Part shown: positions 25,157 to 34,787 of the stretch, piece by piece | Layout: every line of letters begins with the position of its first letter | Position numbering within the stretch: position 1 is the first letter of the stretch | NCBI GenBank assembly: GCA_041653535.1 | Contig: JBAZFH010000001.1 | Location: 214,175-278,174 of the forward strand | Direction of reading: 5' to 3' | From: Patescibacteria group bacterium | GTDB taxonomy: Bacteria; Patescibacteriota; Patescibacteriia; JACRDY01 | DNA: 64,000 nucleotides | The notes under the pieces: generated by a model | Seen by the model: only the letters and a program-made list of their open reading frames with translations | The model's database searches: none | Told to the model about the DNA's origin: nothing | Position numbers and translations under genes: made by a program

Positions 25157-25813
25157 TTGGGGTTGGATATTTCCGACCCCTTTTTATTTTTTCCACCCTT
25201 GATTTTTTGCAACAGACATGATAATTTTAAATGTCAGTTCTTTGATTTGAATAAAATAATACAAAACCAAAGGAGGTTGGTTATGCTCGGTTTTGGTTTG
25301 AGCCCATTTGTCAAAGACGGAAACGGCAATGTCGTCGGGCTGTCTTCCACCGGCATCTTGATGCCGACTCAGGAAAATCCTTATCGAATGTTGTTCGGTG
25401 GAGTGGTGCTGACTTCTTTTGACGAGTTGAGCGGGTTACTTGCCGGCTTATTTTTCAGAGGTCACGCTTTGCATGTTTCTGAGTTGGTTGGTTTTCACAA
25501 CCCGGTTTTTACCGGTCACAGTGTTTACTCTGTTTTTCAGGTGATTGACGTGAAACTGGGATTTGCCCTGATCTACGGTCGAGTTTATTCCCAGCCGCTC
25601 GGTGTAAAGCCAGTCGACGCAACCGCCATGGATAAAGTCAGTTATGACGGATATGCTGTTTGTGCTATGGTTGATTCGGAAACCAAGAAAATTATTCGTG
25701 AATCGATGCCAATACTGGCTTTACCGGATGGTTGGATTTCGTCAGAAATTTTGGAGATTGGTCAAGAATATTTCGCTTTACAGCGACGGCTAGCTAAGGC
25801 GAAGAGACTTTAG
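25157..25813 (+). CDS. hypothetical protein, possibly hotdog-fold; likely start at Met 25283 after AAAGGAGG
   Basis: The ORF track start gives an implausible N-terminus. The core from MLGFGLSPF... is about 175 aa. Confidence 0.4.
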   Translation: MGLDISDPFLFFPPLIFCNRHDNFKCQFFDLNKIIQNQRRLVMLGFGLSPFVKDGNGNVVGLSSTGILMPTQENPYRMLFGGVVLTSFDELSGLLAGLFFRGHALHVSELVGFHNPVFTGHSVYSVFQVIDVKLGFALIYGRVYSQPLGVKPVDATAMDKVSYDGYAVCAMVDSETKKIIRESMPILALPDGWISSEILEIGQEYFALQRRLAKAKRL

Positions 25814-25815
25814 CT

Positions 25816-25860
25816 AGTCCAAGTCATCCGAAGGTCGTCTGCCAAAAGACGACCTTTTTT
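25816..25860 (+). terminator. rho-independent terminator
   Basis: AGGTCGTCT-gccaaa-AGACGACCT followed by T8. Confidence 0.7.
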
Positions 25861-25963
25861 TGATGTTTTTTGATTAAAAAGGCGATAACAGAATTTATTG
25901 ATTTTGGCTAGTTGACATTTCTGGCAGAGGTAGTAATTTAGTAACATGAGTAACTAAATTTTT

Positions 25964-27502
25964 ATGCACGAGTTGGAAATCGATGGTCATAGTTTGACGA
26001 TTAAAGATGTTTACGAAGTAGCCGTAAACAACAATTTTAAGGTTCGAGTAGCGGATAGCGCAAGAGAAAAAATATTTAAAGCGCGTCAGTTGGTAGAAAA
26101 AGCGGTGGATGAGAAAAGGCTGATTTATGGTTTAACTACCGGATTTGGCGAGTTTAAGAAAGTTGCAATCGATAAGGACCAGACTGTGCAGTTGCAAAAA
26201 AATTTAATCACCAGTCATTCCATTGGCGTCGGTGAACCTTTTTCGCAGGCAGTCGTTAGGGCTGCTGTTTTAATTCGGGCAAATTCTTTAGCGCATGGCA
26301 ATTCGGGGGTGCGCCTGGAAACAATCGAAGCGTTGTTAGATATTATTAATTATAATATTTATCCTTTTGTTCCGAGTCAGGGGTCGGTCGGTTCTAGCGG
26401 CGATTTGGCGCCTTTGTCGCATTTGGTTTTATGCCGAATGGGATTGGGCGAGGTTTTGGTTGACGGACAAAGGAAAGAAAGCGGTGAATTTCTGTCCGGT
26501 TTCGGTTTGGAGCCGTTGATATTGACCTCCAAGGAAGGTCTGGCGCTTAATAACGGTACGGCCTTTATGACTGCAGTGGCGGTTTTAAATATTGTTAAGG
26601 CGCAAAATTTGATTAAACTTGCCGATATTGTTACCGGTATGTCGGTCGAAGTTTTAATGGGTACGGCCGCTGCTTGTGATCACAAAATTCATGATTTGCG
26701 TCCGCATCAAGGACAGATCGATAGCGCTGATAATATTCGTAGAGTTTGTGCCAATAGCGAGATTATGGAGTCGCATAAACATTGCGATCGGGTGCAGGAC
26801 GCTTACGCCTTGCGCTGTTCGCCGCAGGTCCATGGCGCGGTCAAAGATGTTTGGCGCTATGCTTATTCGGTAGTTTTAACCGAAATAAACTCGGTTACTG
26901 ATAATCCGTTGATTTTTCCGGATCAGGACGAGGTAATTTCCGGGGGTAATTTTCATGGCGAGCCGATAGCGATTGCCATGGATTGCCTGGCAATCGGCAT
27001 GAGCGAACTGGCTAATATTTCTGACAGGAGAATTTTTAGATTATTAACTGGTTTTTTGAATGAAGGTTTGCCGGCTTTTTTAATTCCCAAAGATAAGGGC
27101 GGGTTGCACAACGGTTTCATGATCGCGCAATACACCAGCGCTTCGTTGGTTTCCGAAAATAAAGTTTATTCTCATCCGGCTTCCGTTGATTCCATTCCAA
27201 CTTCGGCTGACCAAGAGGATCATGTTAGTATGGGTACTATCGCGGCGCGAAAATTGATAAAAATTATTGATAATGTCGAGCAGGTTTTAGCCATAGAACT
27301 GATGTGCGCCACTCAAGCAATAGATTTTCGTCAGCCGCTTAAAGCCGGCAGCGGCAGTTTTTTGGCTCATCAGGTGGTGCGCGGTGTAGTTGATTTTTTA
27401 GCGGAAGATCGTCCGCTTTATCGTGATTTGGAAAAGATAGTCAAAATTTTGCCTCGGGTAATAAATATCGTTGAGGAAGAAATCGGCAAAATAAAGGTTT
27501 GA
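25964..27502 (+). CDS. histidine/aromatic amino-acid ammonia-lyase family (HutH-like)
   Basis: GSVGSSGDLAPLSHL MIO-loop region, with SSG where ASG is canonical. Full-length lyase fold, 512 aa. Confidence 0.8.
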   Translation: MHELEIDGHSLTIKDVYEVAVNNNFKVRVADSAREKIFKARQLVEKAVDEKRLIYGLTTGFGEFKKVAIDKDQTVQLQKNLITSHSIGVGEPFSQAVVRAAVLIRANSLAHGNSGVRLETIEALLDIINYNIYPFVPSQGSVGSSGDLAPLSHLVLCRMGLGEVLVDGQRKESGEFLSGFGLEPLILTSKEGLALNNGTAFMTAVAVLNIVKAQNLIKLADIVTGMSVEVLMGTAAACDHKIHDLRPHQGQIDSADNIRRVCANSEIMESHKHCDRVQDAYALRCSPQVHGAVKDVWRYAYSVVLTEINSVTDNPLIFPDQDEVISGGNFHGEPIAIAMDCLAIGMSELANISDRRIFRLLTGFLNEGLPAFLIPKDKGGLHNGFMIAQYTSASLVSENKVYSHPASVDSIPTSADQEDHVSMGTIAARKLIKIIDNVEQVLAIELMCATQAIDFRQPLKAGSGSFLAHQVVRGVVDFLAEDRPLYRDLEKIVKILPRVINIVEEEIGKIKV

Positions 27503-27619
27503 TATTTTGATGGCAGTCAGCTGGTTGTTTCGCGCTGTTACTAAGGCGCGTATTTTTATTTGTAAAAATGGGTTAATATTTGCTATAATTCAGTCATTAA
27601 CTTAAGAGTAAAAATTTTT

Positions 27620-28963
27620 ATGAATTTGGCAGTAAGCGAAAAGTCAAGAGAAGAAACGATAAATACCAAGGTTTTGCCTGGTTTTATGGAGTTGTTGCCG
27701 TCCGAACAGATAATTTTTGACGAGATGATGAAAAAAATACGAGAGGTTTATGAACTCTATGGATTTATTTCCATTGACACGCCGGTGATCGAAAGGGCAG
27801 AAGTGTTGCTTGCTAAAGCCGGGGGAGAGACCGAGAAACAAATTTATAGTTTTACCAAGGGTGAAAACGATTTGGCTTTGAGATTCGATCTGACTGTTCC
27901 GCTCGCCAGATATGTGAGCGATCATGTCAACGAATTGACGTTTCCATTTCGCCGCTATCATATTGGTAAAGTATATCGCGGAGAAAGTCCGCAGAAAGGT
28001 CGGTTTCGTGAATTTTATCAGTGCGATATTGACGTGATTGGTAACGAAAATCTGAATCTTATAAATGATGCCGAAATTCCGCGGGTGATTTATGATGTTT
28101 TTCGTAAACTGGACTTTGGTCCGTTTGTAGTTCGTATCAGCAACAGGAAATTGATCAATGGTCTTATGGCTTTTTTGGGCGCCGAACGGTCAGCAGTGGA
28201 CGTTATGCGAATAATTGACAAGATTGAGAAAGTTGGAGAAGAAGAGGTTAAAAAATTATTGATTGAGATTGGTTTGACACAGCAAGCAATCGCCAGTGTT
28301 TTTGAATTTTTAGCAATCAAAGGTTCACCAACCGAGATAATCAGTAAGTTACGCGATCTTAATATAACTAACGATTTTTTTGCCATGGGAATCGCCGAAC
28401 TGGAAGAGGTTGTTCGATATTTGGAAATATTGGGTATGCCGAGAGATTTTTATAACATTGATTTATCTATTGCGCGCGGACTCGATTATTATACCGGTAC
28501 CGTTTATGAAACAGTGCTTGTTAGTCACCCGGAAATCGGATCTATTTGTTCCGGCGGAAGATATGAAAATTTAGCGGAAAAATACACCAATAAAAAACTT
28601 CCCGGCGTCGGAATATCAATCGGGCTGACTAGACTTTTTTCTCAACTGCAAAATTTAGGACTCTTAAATATTGGTCCTGCCACAAAAACTCGGGCATTAG
28701 TAGTTTCTTTTTTACCAGATATGTCGGCTTCTTTGGAGATTGCTTCCTTGCTTCGTTCCGCGGGTATTCCAACTGAAGTTTCTCTCGAAGATGCTAAAAT
28801 AAAAGCGCGTCTTAATTATGCGAATAAATTAGGGATACCGTATGTTATTTTTATTGGTGAAGATGAAATATCGGCAGGTAAGTTTATGTTAAAAGATATG
28901 ACGACTAGCTCTCAGTCTATGGTTACCAAAGAAAACCTTGTTGAAATATTAAAGAAATATTAG
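27620..28963 (+). CDS. hisS: histidyl-tRNA synthetase (class II), native low-GC copy
   Basis: Motif 2 FRRYHIGKVYRGESPQKGRFREFYQCDIDVIG, motif 3 GGRYENL...GISIGLTRL, and a C-terminal anticodon-binding domain. Confidence 0.8.
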   Translation: MNLAVSEKSREETINTKVLPGFMELLPSEQIIFDEMMKKIREVYELYGFISIDTPVIERAEVLLAKAGGETEKQIYSFTKGENDLALRFDLTVPLARYVSDHVNELTFPFRRYHIGKVYRGESPQKGRFREFYQCDIDVIGNENLNLINDAEIPRVIYDVFRKLDFGPFVVRISNRKLINGLMAFLGAERSAVDVMRIIDKIEKVGEEEVKKLLIEIGLTQQAIASVFEFLAIKGSPTEIISKLRDLNITNDFFAMGIAELEEVVRYLEILGMPRDFYNIDLSIARGLDYYTGTVYETVLVSHPEIGSICSGGRYENLAEKYTNKKLPGVGISIGLTRLFSQLQNLGLLNIGPATKTRALVVSFLPDMSASLEIASLLRSAGIPTEVSLEDAKIKARLNYANKLGIPYVIFIGEDEISAGKFMLKDMTTSSQSMVTKENLVEILKKY

Positions 28964-29039
28964 TAGGTAAAAAATTTTAGTTTTGATTTAAAAAAAACGG
29001 TCTGATTTTTGTTGTCAGACCGTTTTTGGTTTGTTTTTT

Positions 29040-29993
29040 TCAAATTTGACCAGCCAGTTGATCCAGCCAGTCGACAAACGGCATTTGCGGCTGGCGGTGG
29101 GCTCCGAGTGGCATGGTTCGCAGTTCGCCGACCATAATTTGCCGACCCAGGTGTTTTTCGATTTCCAGGAATAGTGATTTGGACGCTTTGATGCAAAGTT
29201 GCGAGAAGGCTTGAGCGCGAGCCGGGTCAATGCTGGCCCAGTCGCAATCACCCAGTGGCTGGCAATAGGGGATGCCGATGCCGCGCGGATCGGGTTCGCT
29301 GCCGCCGTTGGTTCCCAAAGTTCGACCAAAGAAAGGCGACCCGATAAAAAAGTCTCGTTCGCAGATCCAATCAGCCATGTTTTTACTTTCGAAAGAGTGA
29401 AGAAAGTCGGTGCGATCCAAAATACTGCTGTCGGTCAGGTCTTTTTTTGCCACGATTCCGGCGACGATTTTAACCACCCTGACGTTGTTTTCCGCGAACA
29501 ACTTAATGATGTGTTCGAAGGTGCCGGAACTCCAGATGCCGTCGTCAACCAAAACAATGTCTTTCTGGTTTTGTTTGGCGATATTACTGATCGATCGAAC
29601 CTGATCGGCTACCGACAGTTCACCTGGGCGGTGGCGCGGATCGTTGATTTTGACCCATTTTCCAGGCGCGTTTTGGTCAGGAATGGAAACCCGGGTGATA
29701 TGCAAGATGTAGTCGGGTTTACTGGCGTAGTAATCCATTGCCACCACCAGACGGTCGGCTGAACGGTTTTTGTCGACCTGATCGTTAAGTCTGGCGCGAA
29801 AATACGCTTCTTTGAATACCAATACCCGATGTTCCTGCAGCAAGTGTTTAATCTCGGTTTGTAGTAACCTGCGCGGAGCAACCAAGATTTTATCCGTGGG
29901 TAGATCCCTTGTTTCTTGGCTGCCGTCGCGCAGGAGAAAATGTCGGACAAGATTTCCTAGGTCCTCGGTGATCAAATAGAATTTGTCGTTCAT
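29040..29993 (-). CDS. phosphoribosyltransferase-domain protein (type I PRTase motif) of uncertain specificity
   Basis: DIVLVDDGIWSSGTF resembles the PRPP-binding loop. Lies in the GC-rich island. Confidence 0.5.
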   Translation of the reverse strand: MNDKFYLITEDLGNLVRHFLLRDGSQETRDLPTDKILVAPRRLLQTEIKHLLQEHRVLVFKEAYFRARLNDQVDKNRSADRLVVAMDYYASKPDYILHITRVSIPDQNAPGKWVKINDPRHRPGELSVADQVRSISNIAKQNQKDIVLVDDGIWSSGTFEHIIKLFAENNVRVVKIVAGIVAKKDLTDSSILDRTDFLHSFESKNMADWICERDFFIGSPFFGRTLGTNGGSEPDPRGIGIPYCQPLGDCDWASIDPARAQAFSQLCIKASKSLFLEIEKHLGRQIMVGELRTMPLGAHRQPQMPFVDWLDQLAGQI

Positions 29994-30025
29994 CGTCGTA
30001 TTCCTTCTTCGTTCGGCAGGTTGTC

Positions 30026-30871
30026 TTAGGTAGCGGTTAGTCTTTTCAGGATTTCTACAACGCCTTCGGTCAGGTCGGCAGTCGCAGTATAGGCGGAGAA
30101 ATCTTTAAACTCTTGCGAGGCTCCGCCTACCGCCAAATGGGTAACGTTTTTCGGACCGCAGTAGTCGGACATGCTGTTACCCACCATAAAGACGGGATAG
30201 TCGGGATAACGCATATTGAGCCAAGTGATAGCATTTTTCTTGGTCGTGGCAACGTGGTGAAAAATACAGATGCCGTAATCACGGTTGGAATCGATATCGA
30301 GATCTTCTTTTTTGATCGCGTGACCGTTTCGCAAGCAGTCCTTGATGAAGTCACGGACGGCTTCCAGTACTTCGAAATCGGGTTGGATGTTATTGCCGTC
30401 GACATTGCGCATGGCGTAAAAACTGAGACTGTGGCGCCGGAATTGATTGACCATCAAAACGCGTTGGTTGGCTTTGATCTGAGCTTTTTTTTCTTGAAAA
30501 TTGAGAAAGTCTACCCAGACGAAATAGTTTATTCCGAATTTTTTGAGCGGAGTCACCAACCGTAGTTGATTGCGAACAACAGGAAAGGCGCCGGTTTTGA
30601 AAGGCGCGAGAACCTGCGGTAGCTCGAAGTCAGGCGTCCAGACCGTTGCGCCTTTTTCGGAAATAATCGGTCCGTTCATTTGCCATTTGTCATAACAGGC
30701 ACGCAGGCTTTCGTACGGACTGTCAGAATTGAGACCGACGTAGAAACCAGCGGCTTTGGCTTTGGCGATAGCGGCAAGCCAAGTCAGTTCTTCGATATTG
30801 AATTGATATCGATTGTCAAGGATCGTTCCGTCGACGTCTAGCAAGACGATCTTTTTTTTGTTTATAGCCAT
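30026..30871 (-). CDS. HAD-superfamily hydrolase (nucleotidase-like)
   Basis: Motif I LLDVDGTILD and motif III GNSMSDY. Confidence 0.65.
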   Translation of the reverse strand: MAINKKKIVLLDVDGTILDNRYQFNIEELTWLAAIAKAKAAGFYVGLNSDSPYESLRACYDKWQMNGPIISEKGATVWTPDFELPQVLAPFKTGAFPVVRNQLRLVTPLKKFGINYFVWVDFLNFQEKKAQIKANQRVLMVNQFRRHSLSFYAMRNVDGNNIQPDFEVLEAVRDFIKDCLRNGHAIKKEDLDIDSNRDYGICIFHHVATTKKNAITWLNMRYPDYPVFMVGNSMSDYCGPKNVTHLAVGGASQEFKDFSAYTATADLTEGVVEILKRLTAT

Positions 30872-30983
30872 TAACTAGCCCTCCTTGTTGGTTTTTCTTG
30901 CTAATATATTAGCTTATCATGGAAGGTAAAAATAAAGCAACACTTGTTAAAAGTGTTGCTTTGTGTTCTAAAATTAAGGGTTT

Positions 30984-31763
30984 TTATTCAATTGACGGAC
31001 TGATTTTGACGGCTGTATCGAGCGCTACTTGGATTGCTTTATCTATACCATCAGCGGCATTGGGGCTTTCGATTAATTCATAAATCAAATCCGGATTTTC
31101 CGCGATTTCATCTAACGGTTCGGTGGTATTGACGGAGAGAATTGTACCGCACTTTAAGCCGCGTAACATGGCGACCAGAAAAACCGTGCTACATTCCATT
31201 TCTGAACTGACCAGCGGTGTGTTCCATTTACTCATTCTTTTATCTTTGTAAATATCGCCCCAACGTAGCATATTGTCCAGGTGTTCATAAAAAGCGTCAT
31301 GAGTGCGGTTGATGCCGGTAAAATAAACAAAACTTTTTTCTTTAGCAGTCTCTTCGAGCGTGCGAAAAATATTGGGGTCGGCAACGGCGGGAAATTCAGC
31401 CGGTACATACTCTTTGGTGGTGCCTTCAGCGCGGATAGCGGCAAAGGGGATAATCAAATCGCCAGGATTTATTTCTTTTTTGAAAGCGCCGCAGGTGCCG
31501 ATTCGGATAAAAGCTTTGGCGCCGATATTAGCCAGTTCTTCTACGGCGATAGCAGCCGATGGTCCGCCAATACCTGTTGAGGTAGCGGAAATCGGGATGC
31601 CTTTGTATTTTCCGGTATAAGTTAAAAATTCCCGGTTATTAGCGACTTCCTTGGCTTCGTCCCAGTAGGTGACGATTTTTTTAACTCTAGCCGGATCACC
31701 GGGTATTAAAACTATTTTAGCAATATCTCCTTCTTGGCATTTAATGTGTGGTTGCATTGACAT
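30984..31763 (-). CDS. PNP/UDP-family nucleoside phosphorylase
   Basis: IVLIPGDPARVKKI, ISATSTGIGGPSAAIAVEEL and EMECS motifs characteristic of the PNP_UDP_1 family. Confidence 0.75.
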   Translation of the reverse strand: MSMQPHIKCQEGDIAKIVLIPGDPARVKKIVTYWDEAKEVANNREFLTYTGKYKGIPISATSTGIGGPSAAIAVEELANIGAKAFIRIGTCGAFKKEINPGDLIIPFAAIRAEGTTKEYVPAEFPAVADPNIFRTLEETAKEKSFVYFTGINRTHDAFYEHLDNMLRWGDIYKDKRMSKWNTPLVSSEMECSTVFLVAMLRGLKCGTILSVNTTEPLDEIAENPDLIYELIESPNAADGIDKAIQVALDTAVKISPSIE

Positions 31764-31936
31764 AGGTTTTTGATAGTTGTTTAAGCTGATGAAGAAATTT
31801 TAACCTTTTTTGAGACCGTAGTCAATAACATTGACTTTTTTGACTGAAGTGGTACAGTTAAATGAAAATTTGTGGAGGGCAAATCGTTCTTTTTTCAACC
31901 AAAAAACCAAGAGACGTCGACATAAAGGAGAGAAAA

Positions 31937-33313
31937 ATGTCAACCGAAAAAACCATAAAACCCGAGGCGCTCGGCGGCTTTCGCGATTTTTTGCCCCAGG
32001 AGATGGAGCAGCGTGAATGGCTGATCAACAGAGTGATCGAGGTGTATCGCAGTTTCGGGTTTGTGCCGCTCAAAACTCCGGCTCTGGAAAGGGCGAGTGT
32101 TTTGGGGGTCGACAAGCCAAATTTTGGCATGCAGGTTTACCGCTTCAACTTCGGCGAACTCGATGTTTCGTTGCGGTTCGATCTGACCGTTCCGCTTTCC
32201 CGAGTGGTTGCCGCTTACAGCGACCAGCTGCCTCGACCGTTTAAGCGTTATCAGCTCGGTGATGTTTGGCGCGGTGAGAAAGCGCAAGCCGGGCGTTATC
32301 GTGAGTTCGCTCAACTTGATGCGGACATCGTCGGATCGGCATCGATGGTTGCTGATGCGGAAATCATCAGTATTATCATTAAGGTGATGGAGGCGCTCGA
32401 CGTCGGTCGGTTTTGCGTCCGGTTCAACAATAGGAAGATTCTCAACGCTCTGCCCGAGTATGCCGGTTTCGATCCGACCAAAATTAAGCTGGTCTTGCGT
32501 GCGCTCGATCGTCTGGAAAAAGTTGGCATCGAAGGCGTAGTCGCTGATTTGGCTCGACAGCCGGACAACGAATACGACGAGACGGCGCCCAATCTGAATC
32601 CCGACCAGATCGCCAAGATCGTTCGGTTTATCGATTTGGGTAAGGCCAAAATTGATGCTCCCAAAATTATGCTTGCTGAGCTGCGTGAGCTTTTCGCCAG
32701 CTCTCCAATCGGTCAAGAAGGTATTGCCGAACTCGAAGAGATTTGCCAGTACCTTTATGCCTACGGTCTCGACTCGATGAATTGGGTGATCGATTTGTCG
32801 GTTGCTCGCGGGCTCGACTACTATACCGGGCCGGTATTTGAAACGACCTTGCTTGATTTGCCGGATATCGGCAGTGTCATGTCGGGTGGCCGTTTTGACG
32901 ACCTGGTAATGCGTTTTACCGGCAACAAGATTCCGGCTACCGGTGCTTCGGTTGGCGTTGATCGGCTCTTTACCGCGCTGGAAGAATTGGGTCGATTGCC
33001 ACAGATCAAAACCAAAACTTTGGCTTTGATTGTTAACTGGCGCGACAGCTTTGTGGCGGAACGTCTGAAACTGGCAAGCGATTTACGAGCTGATGGTTTC
33101 AACGTCGATTTTTTTCCGGATGGTGACGTACCGCTCAAAGAGCAGATCGCTTTTGCCCTCAAGCGAGGTATTCGTTACGTTATCCTGCTGGGGGAAAAGG
33201 AAGTTGCCGGAAATGTCGTTGCGCTCAAAGACCTGGAGTTTCGTAGCCAGGACAACCTTAATCGCGGGGCTTTGCGTGACTTTCTGCAGTTCGCCACTCG
33301 CGAAGCCACTTGA
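31937..33313 (+). CDS. second histidyl-tRNA synthetase-like class II aaRS (paralog, GC-rich, likely horizontally acquired)
   Basis: Motif 2 FKRYQLGDVWRGEKAQAGRYREFAQLDADIVG, motif 3 GGRFDDL...GASVGVDRL, and an anticodon-binding domain. Start is at the Met after an AGGAG RBS; the track ORF starts at 31862. Confidence 0.75.
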   Translation: MSTEKTIKPEALGGFRDFLPQEMEQREWLINRVIEVYRSFGFVPLKTPALERASVLGVDKPNFGMQVYRFNFGELDVSLRFDLTVPLSRVVAAYSDQLPRPFKRYQLGDVWRGEKAQAGRYREFAQLDADIVGSASMVADAEIISIIIKVMEALDVGRFCVRFNNRKILNALPEYAGFDPTKIKLVLRALDRLEKVGIEGVVADLARQPDNEYDETAPNLNPDQIAKIVRFIDLGKAKIDAPKIMLAELRELFASSPIGQEGIAELEEICQYLYAYGLDSMNWVIDLSVARGLDYYTGPVFETTLLDLPDIGSVMSGGRFDDLVMRFTGNKIPATGASVGVDRLFTALEELGRLPQIKTKTLALIVNWRDSFVAERLKLASDLRADGFNVDFFPDGDVPLKEQIAFALKRGIRYVILLGEKEVAGNVVALKDLEFRSQDNLNRGALRDFLQFATREAT

Positions 33314-33352
33314 CAATATCCGACGATTGCGGTAAGTTTTAACGATCCAATC

Positions 33353-33428
33353 GGGTACGTAGCTCAATTGGCAGAGTGACGGGCTGTGACCCCGGAGGTT
33401 GGGGGTTCGAATCCCCTCGTACCCACCA
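33353..33428 (+). tRNA. tRNA-His (GUG) with encoded CCA, no encoded G-1 and A73 discriminator
   Basis: Acceptor GGGTACG/CGTACCC (7 bp), D stem GCTC/GAGT, anticodon loop CTGTGAC, T arm GGGGG-TTCGAAT-CCCCT. The nucleotide 5' of G1 is C. Confidence 0.8.
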
Positions 33429-33530
33429 TTTTCAACATAAAAGGGACTGATTTGATTCAGCCCCTTTTTCATTTTATTAAAATGATTTTGCCTGCTTACT
33501 ATAGGTGGGGTATAATCTAGGCGTGCAAAT

Positions 33531-34769
33531 ATGGAATATGATTTAATAGTTATTGGCGGAGGACCGGCTGGTATGATGGCGGCCGGGCGGGCGGCGGAGT
33601 GCGGCGCCCGTGTTTTGTTGCTCGAAAAAAACGACAAGTTGGGATTGAAACTTTTGATTACCGGCAAAGGTCGTTGTAATATCACCAATGCCGAATCAGA
33701 ACAACGAAATATTGTGGAAAGATTTGGCCCCAAGGGAAAATTCTTATTTTCCTCTATGAGTCGCTTTGGTCCAGCTGAAGTGATCGATTTTTTTACCAGC
33801 CGGGGGGTACCGACCAAAACCGAACGCGGTCAGCGTGTTTTTCCGGTTAGTGATAGAGCTGACGATGTTTTGCGCGCCTTGGTAAAATATTTGAAAGAAA
33901 ACAAGGTAGAGATTAAAACCAACGCGACGGTTAAATCAATTATTGTTAAAAATGGAGAAATCGAAAAAATAGTGTTGTTTGGCGGAAAAGAATTACGAGC
34001 GAAAAATTACGCCATTTGTACTGGTGGCAAATCTTATCCTTTGACTGGATCAAGCGGCGATGGCTACTTTTGGTTAGAAAAAATGGGTCACACTATTATT
34101 TTGCCGCGACCGGCTTTGGTGCCGGTAGTGGTTGCCGAGAGCTGGGTCAAAGATTTGGAGGGGCTTAGTTTGAAAAACGTTGAGATTGGTATTTATCAAA
34201 ATAATAAAAAAGTTGATTCGCGTTTTGGCGAAGCGCTTTTTACCGATGACGGTATGTCGGGACCGATTATCCTCGACATGAGTAAAAAAATCGGCGAGCT
34301 TTTAACTATCGGTACGGTTGAACTGGCGGTTGATTTCAAACCGGCGTTAGATTTTTCTGAGCTGGATAAAAGGGTGCAAAAAGATTTTGAGCAGTCTAAG
34401 GGTAAAATGCTCAAAAACAGCCTTGATGACCTACTGCCCAAAACTTTGATTCCAGTGGTGATTCGATTTCTCGGTTTAGACCCGGAGAAAAAAGTAAACT
34501 CAATAGTTAAGGAAGAAAGAAAGACTTTGGTTCGTTTGCTGAAAAATTTTAGGCTAAAGGTAAAAAAAGTAGACGGTTTTGGCAAGGCGATTGTCACTGT
34601 CGGTGGCGTGGAGCTAAAAGAAATTGACCCCAAAACCATGAAATCAAAAATCGTCACAAATCTTTATCTGGCAGGTGAAATATTGGATCTAGATGGTCCG
34701 ACTGGCGGATTTAATTTGCAAGTATGCTGGAGTACTGGTTTTGCGGTAGGAGAAAATTTTTCACGTTAA
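33531..34769 (+). CDS. HI0933/YhiN-family FAD-dependent flavoprotein (aminoacetone oxidase-like)
   Basis: DLIVIGGGPAGMMAAGRAAECGARVLLLEKNDKLGLKLLITGKGRCNITN. Confidence 0.8.
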   Translation: MEYDLIVIGGGPAGMMAAGRAAECGARVLLLEKNDKLGLKLLITGKGRCNITNAESEQRNIVERFGPKGKFLFSSMSRFGPAEVIDFFTSRGVPTKTERGQRVFPVSDRADDVLRALVKYLKENKVEIKTNATVKSIIVKNGEIEKIVLFGGKELRAKNYAICTGGKSYPLTGSSGDGYFWLEKMGHTIILPRPALVPVVVAESWVKDLEGLSLKNVEIGIYQNNKKVDSRFGEALFTDDGMSGPIILDMSKKIGELLTIGTVELAVDFKPALDFSELDKRVQKDFEQSKGKMLKNSLDDLLPKTLIPVVIRFLGLDPEKKVNSIVKEERKTLVRLLKNFRLKVKKVDGFGKAIVTVGGVELKEIDPKTMKSKIVTNLYLAGEILDLDGPTGGFNLQVCWSTGFAVGENFSR

Positions 34770-34787
34770 TAAAAAAAGAAACATATT

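Noticed and set aside
31937-33313. Calling the second HisRS-like gene HisZ (ATP-PRTase regulatory subunit) because a PRTase-motif gene is nearby
   Set aside because: It retains class II motifs 2 and 3 and an anticodon-binding domain. The nearby PRTase-motif protein is not HisG-like. Cannot decide without a search, so left as a HisRS paralog.
33083-33817. 244-aa minus-strand ORF
   Set aside because: It overlaps tRNA-His and the start of the flavoprotein gene, lies in GC-rich DNA, and has no family similarity. Spurious.
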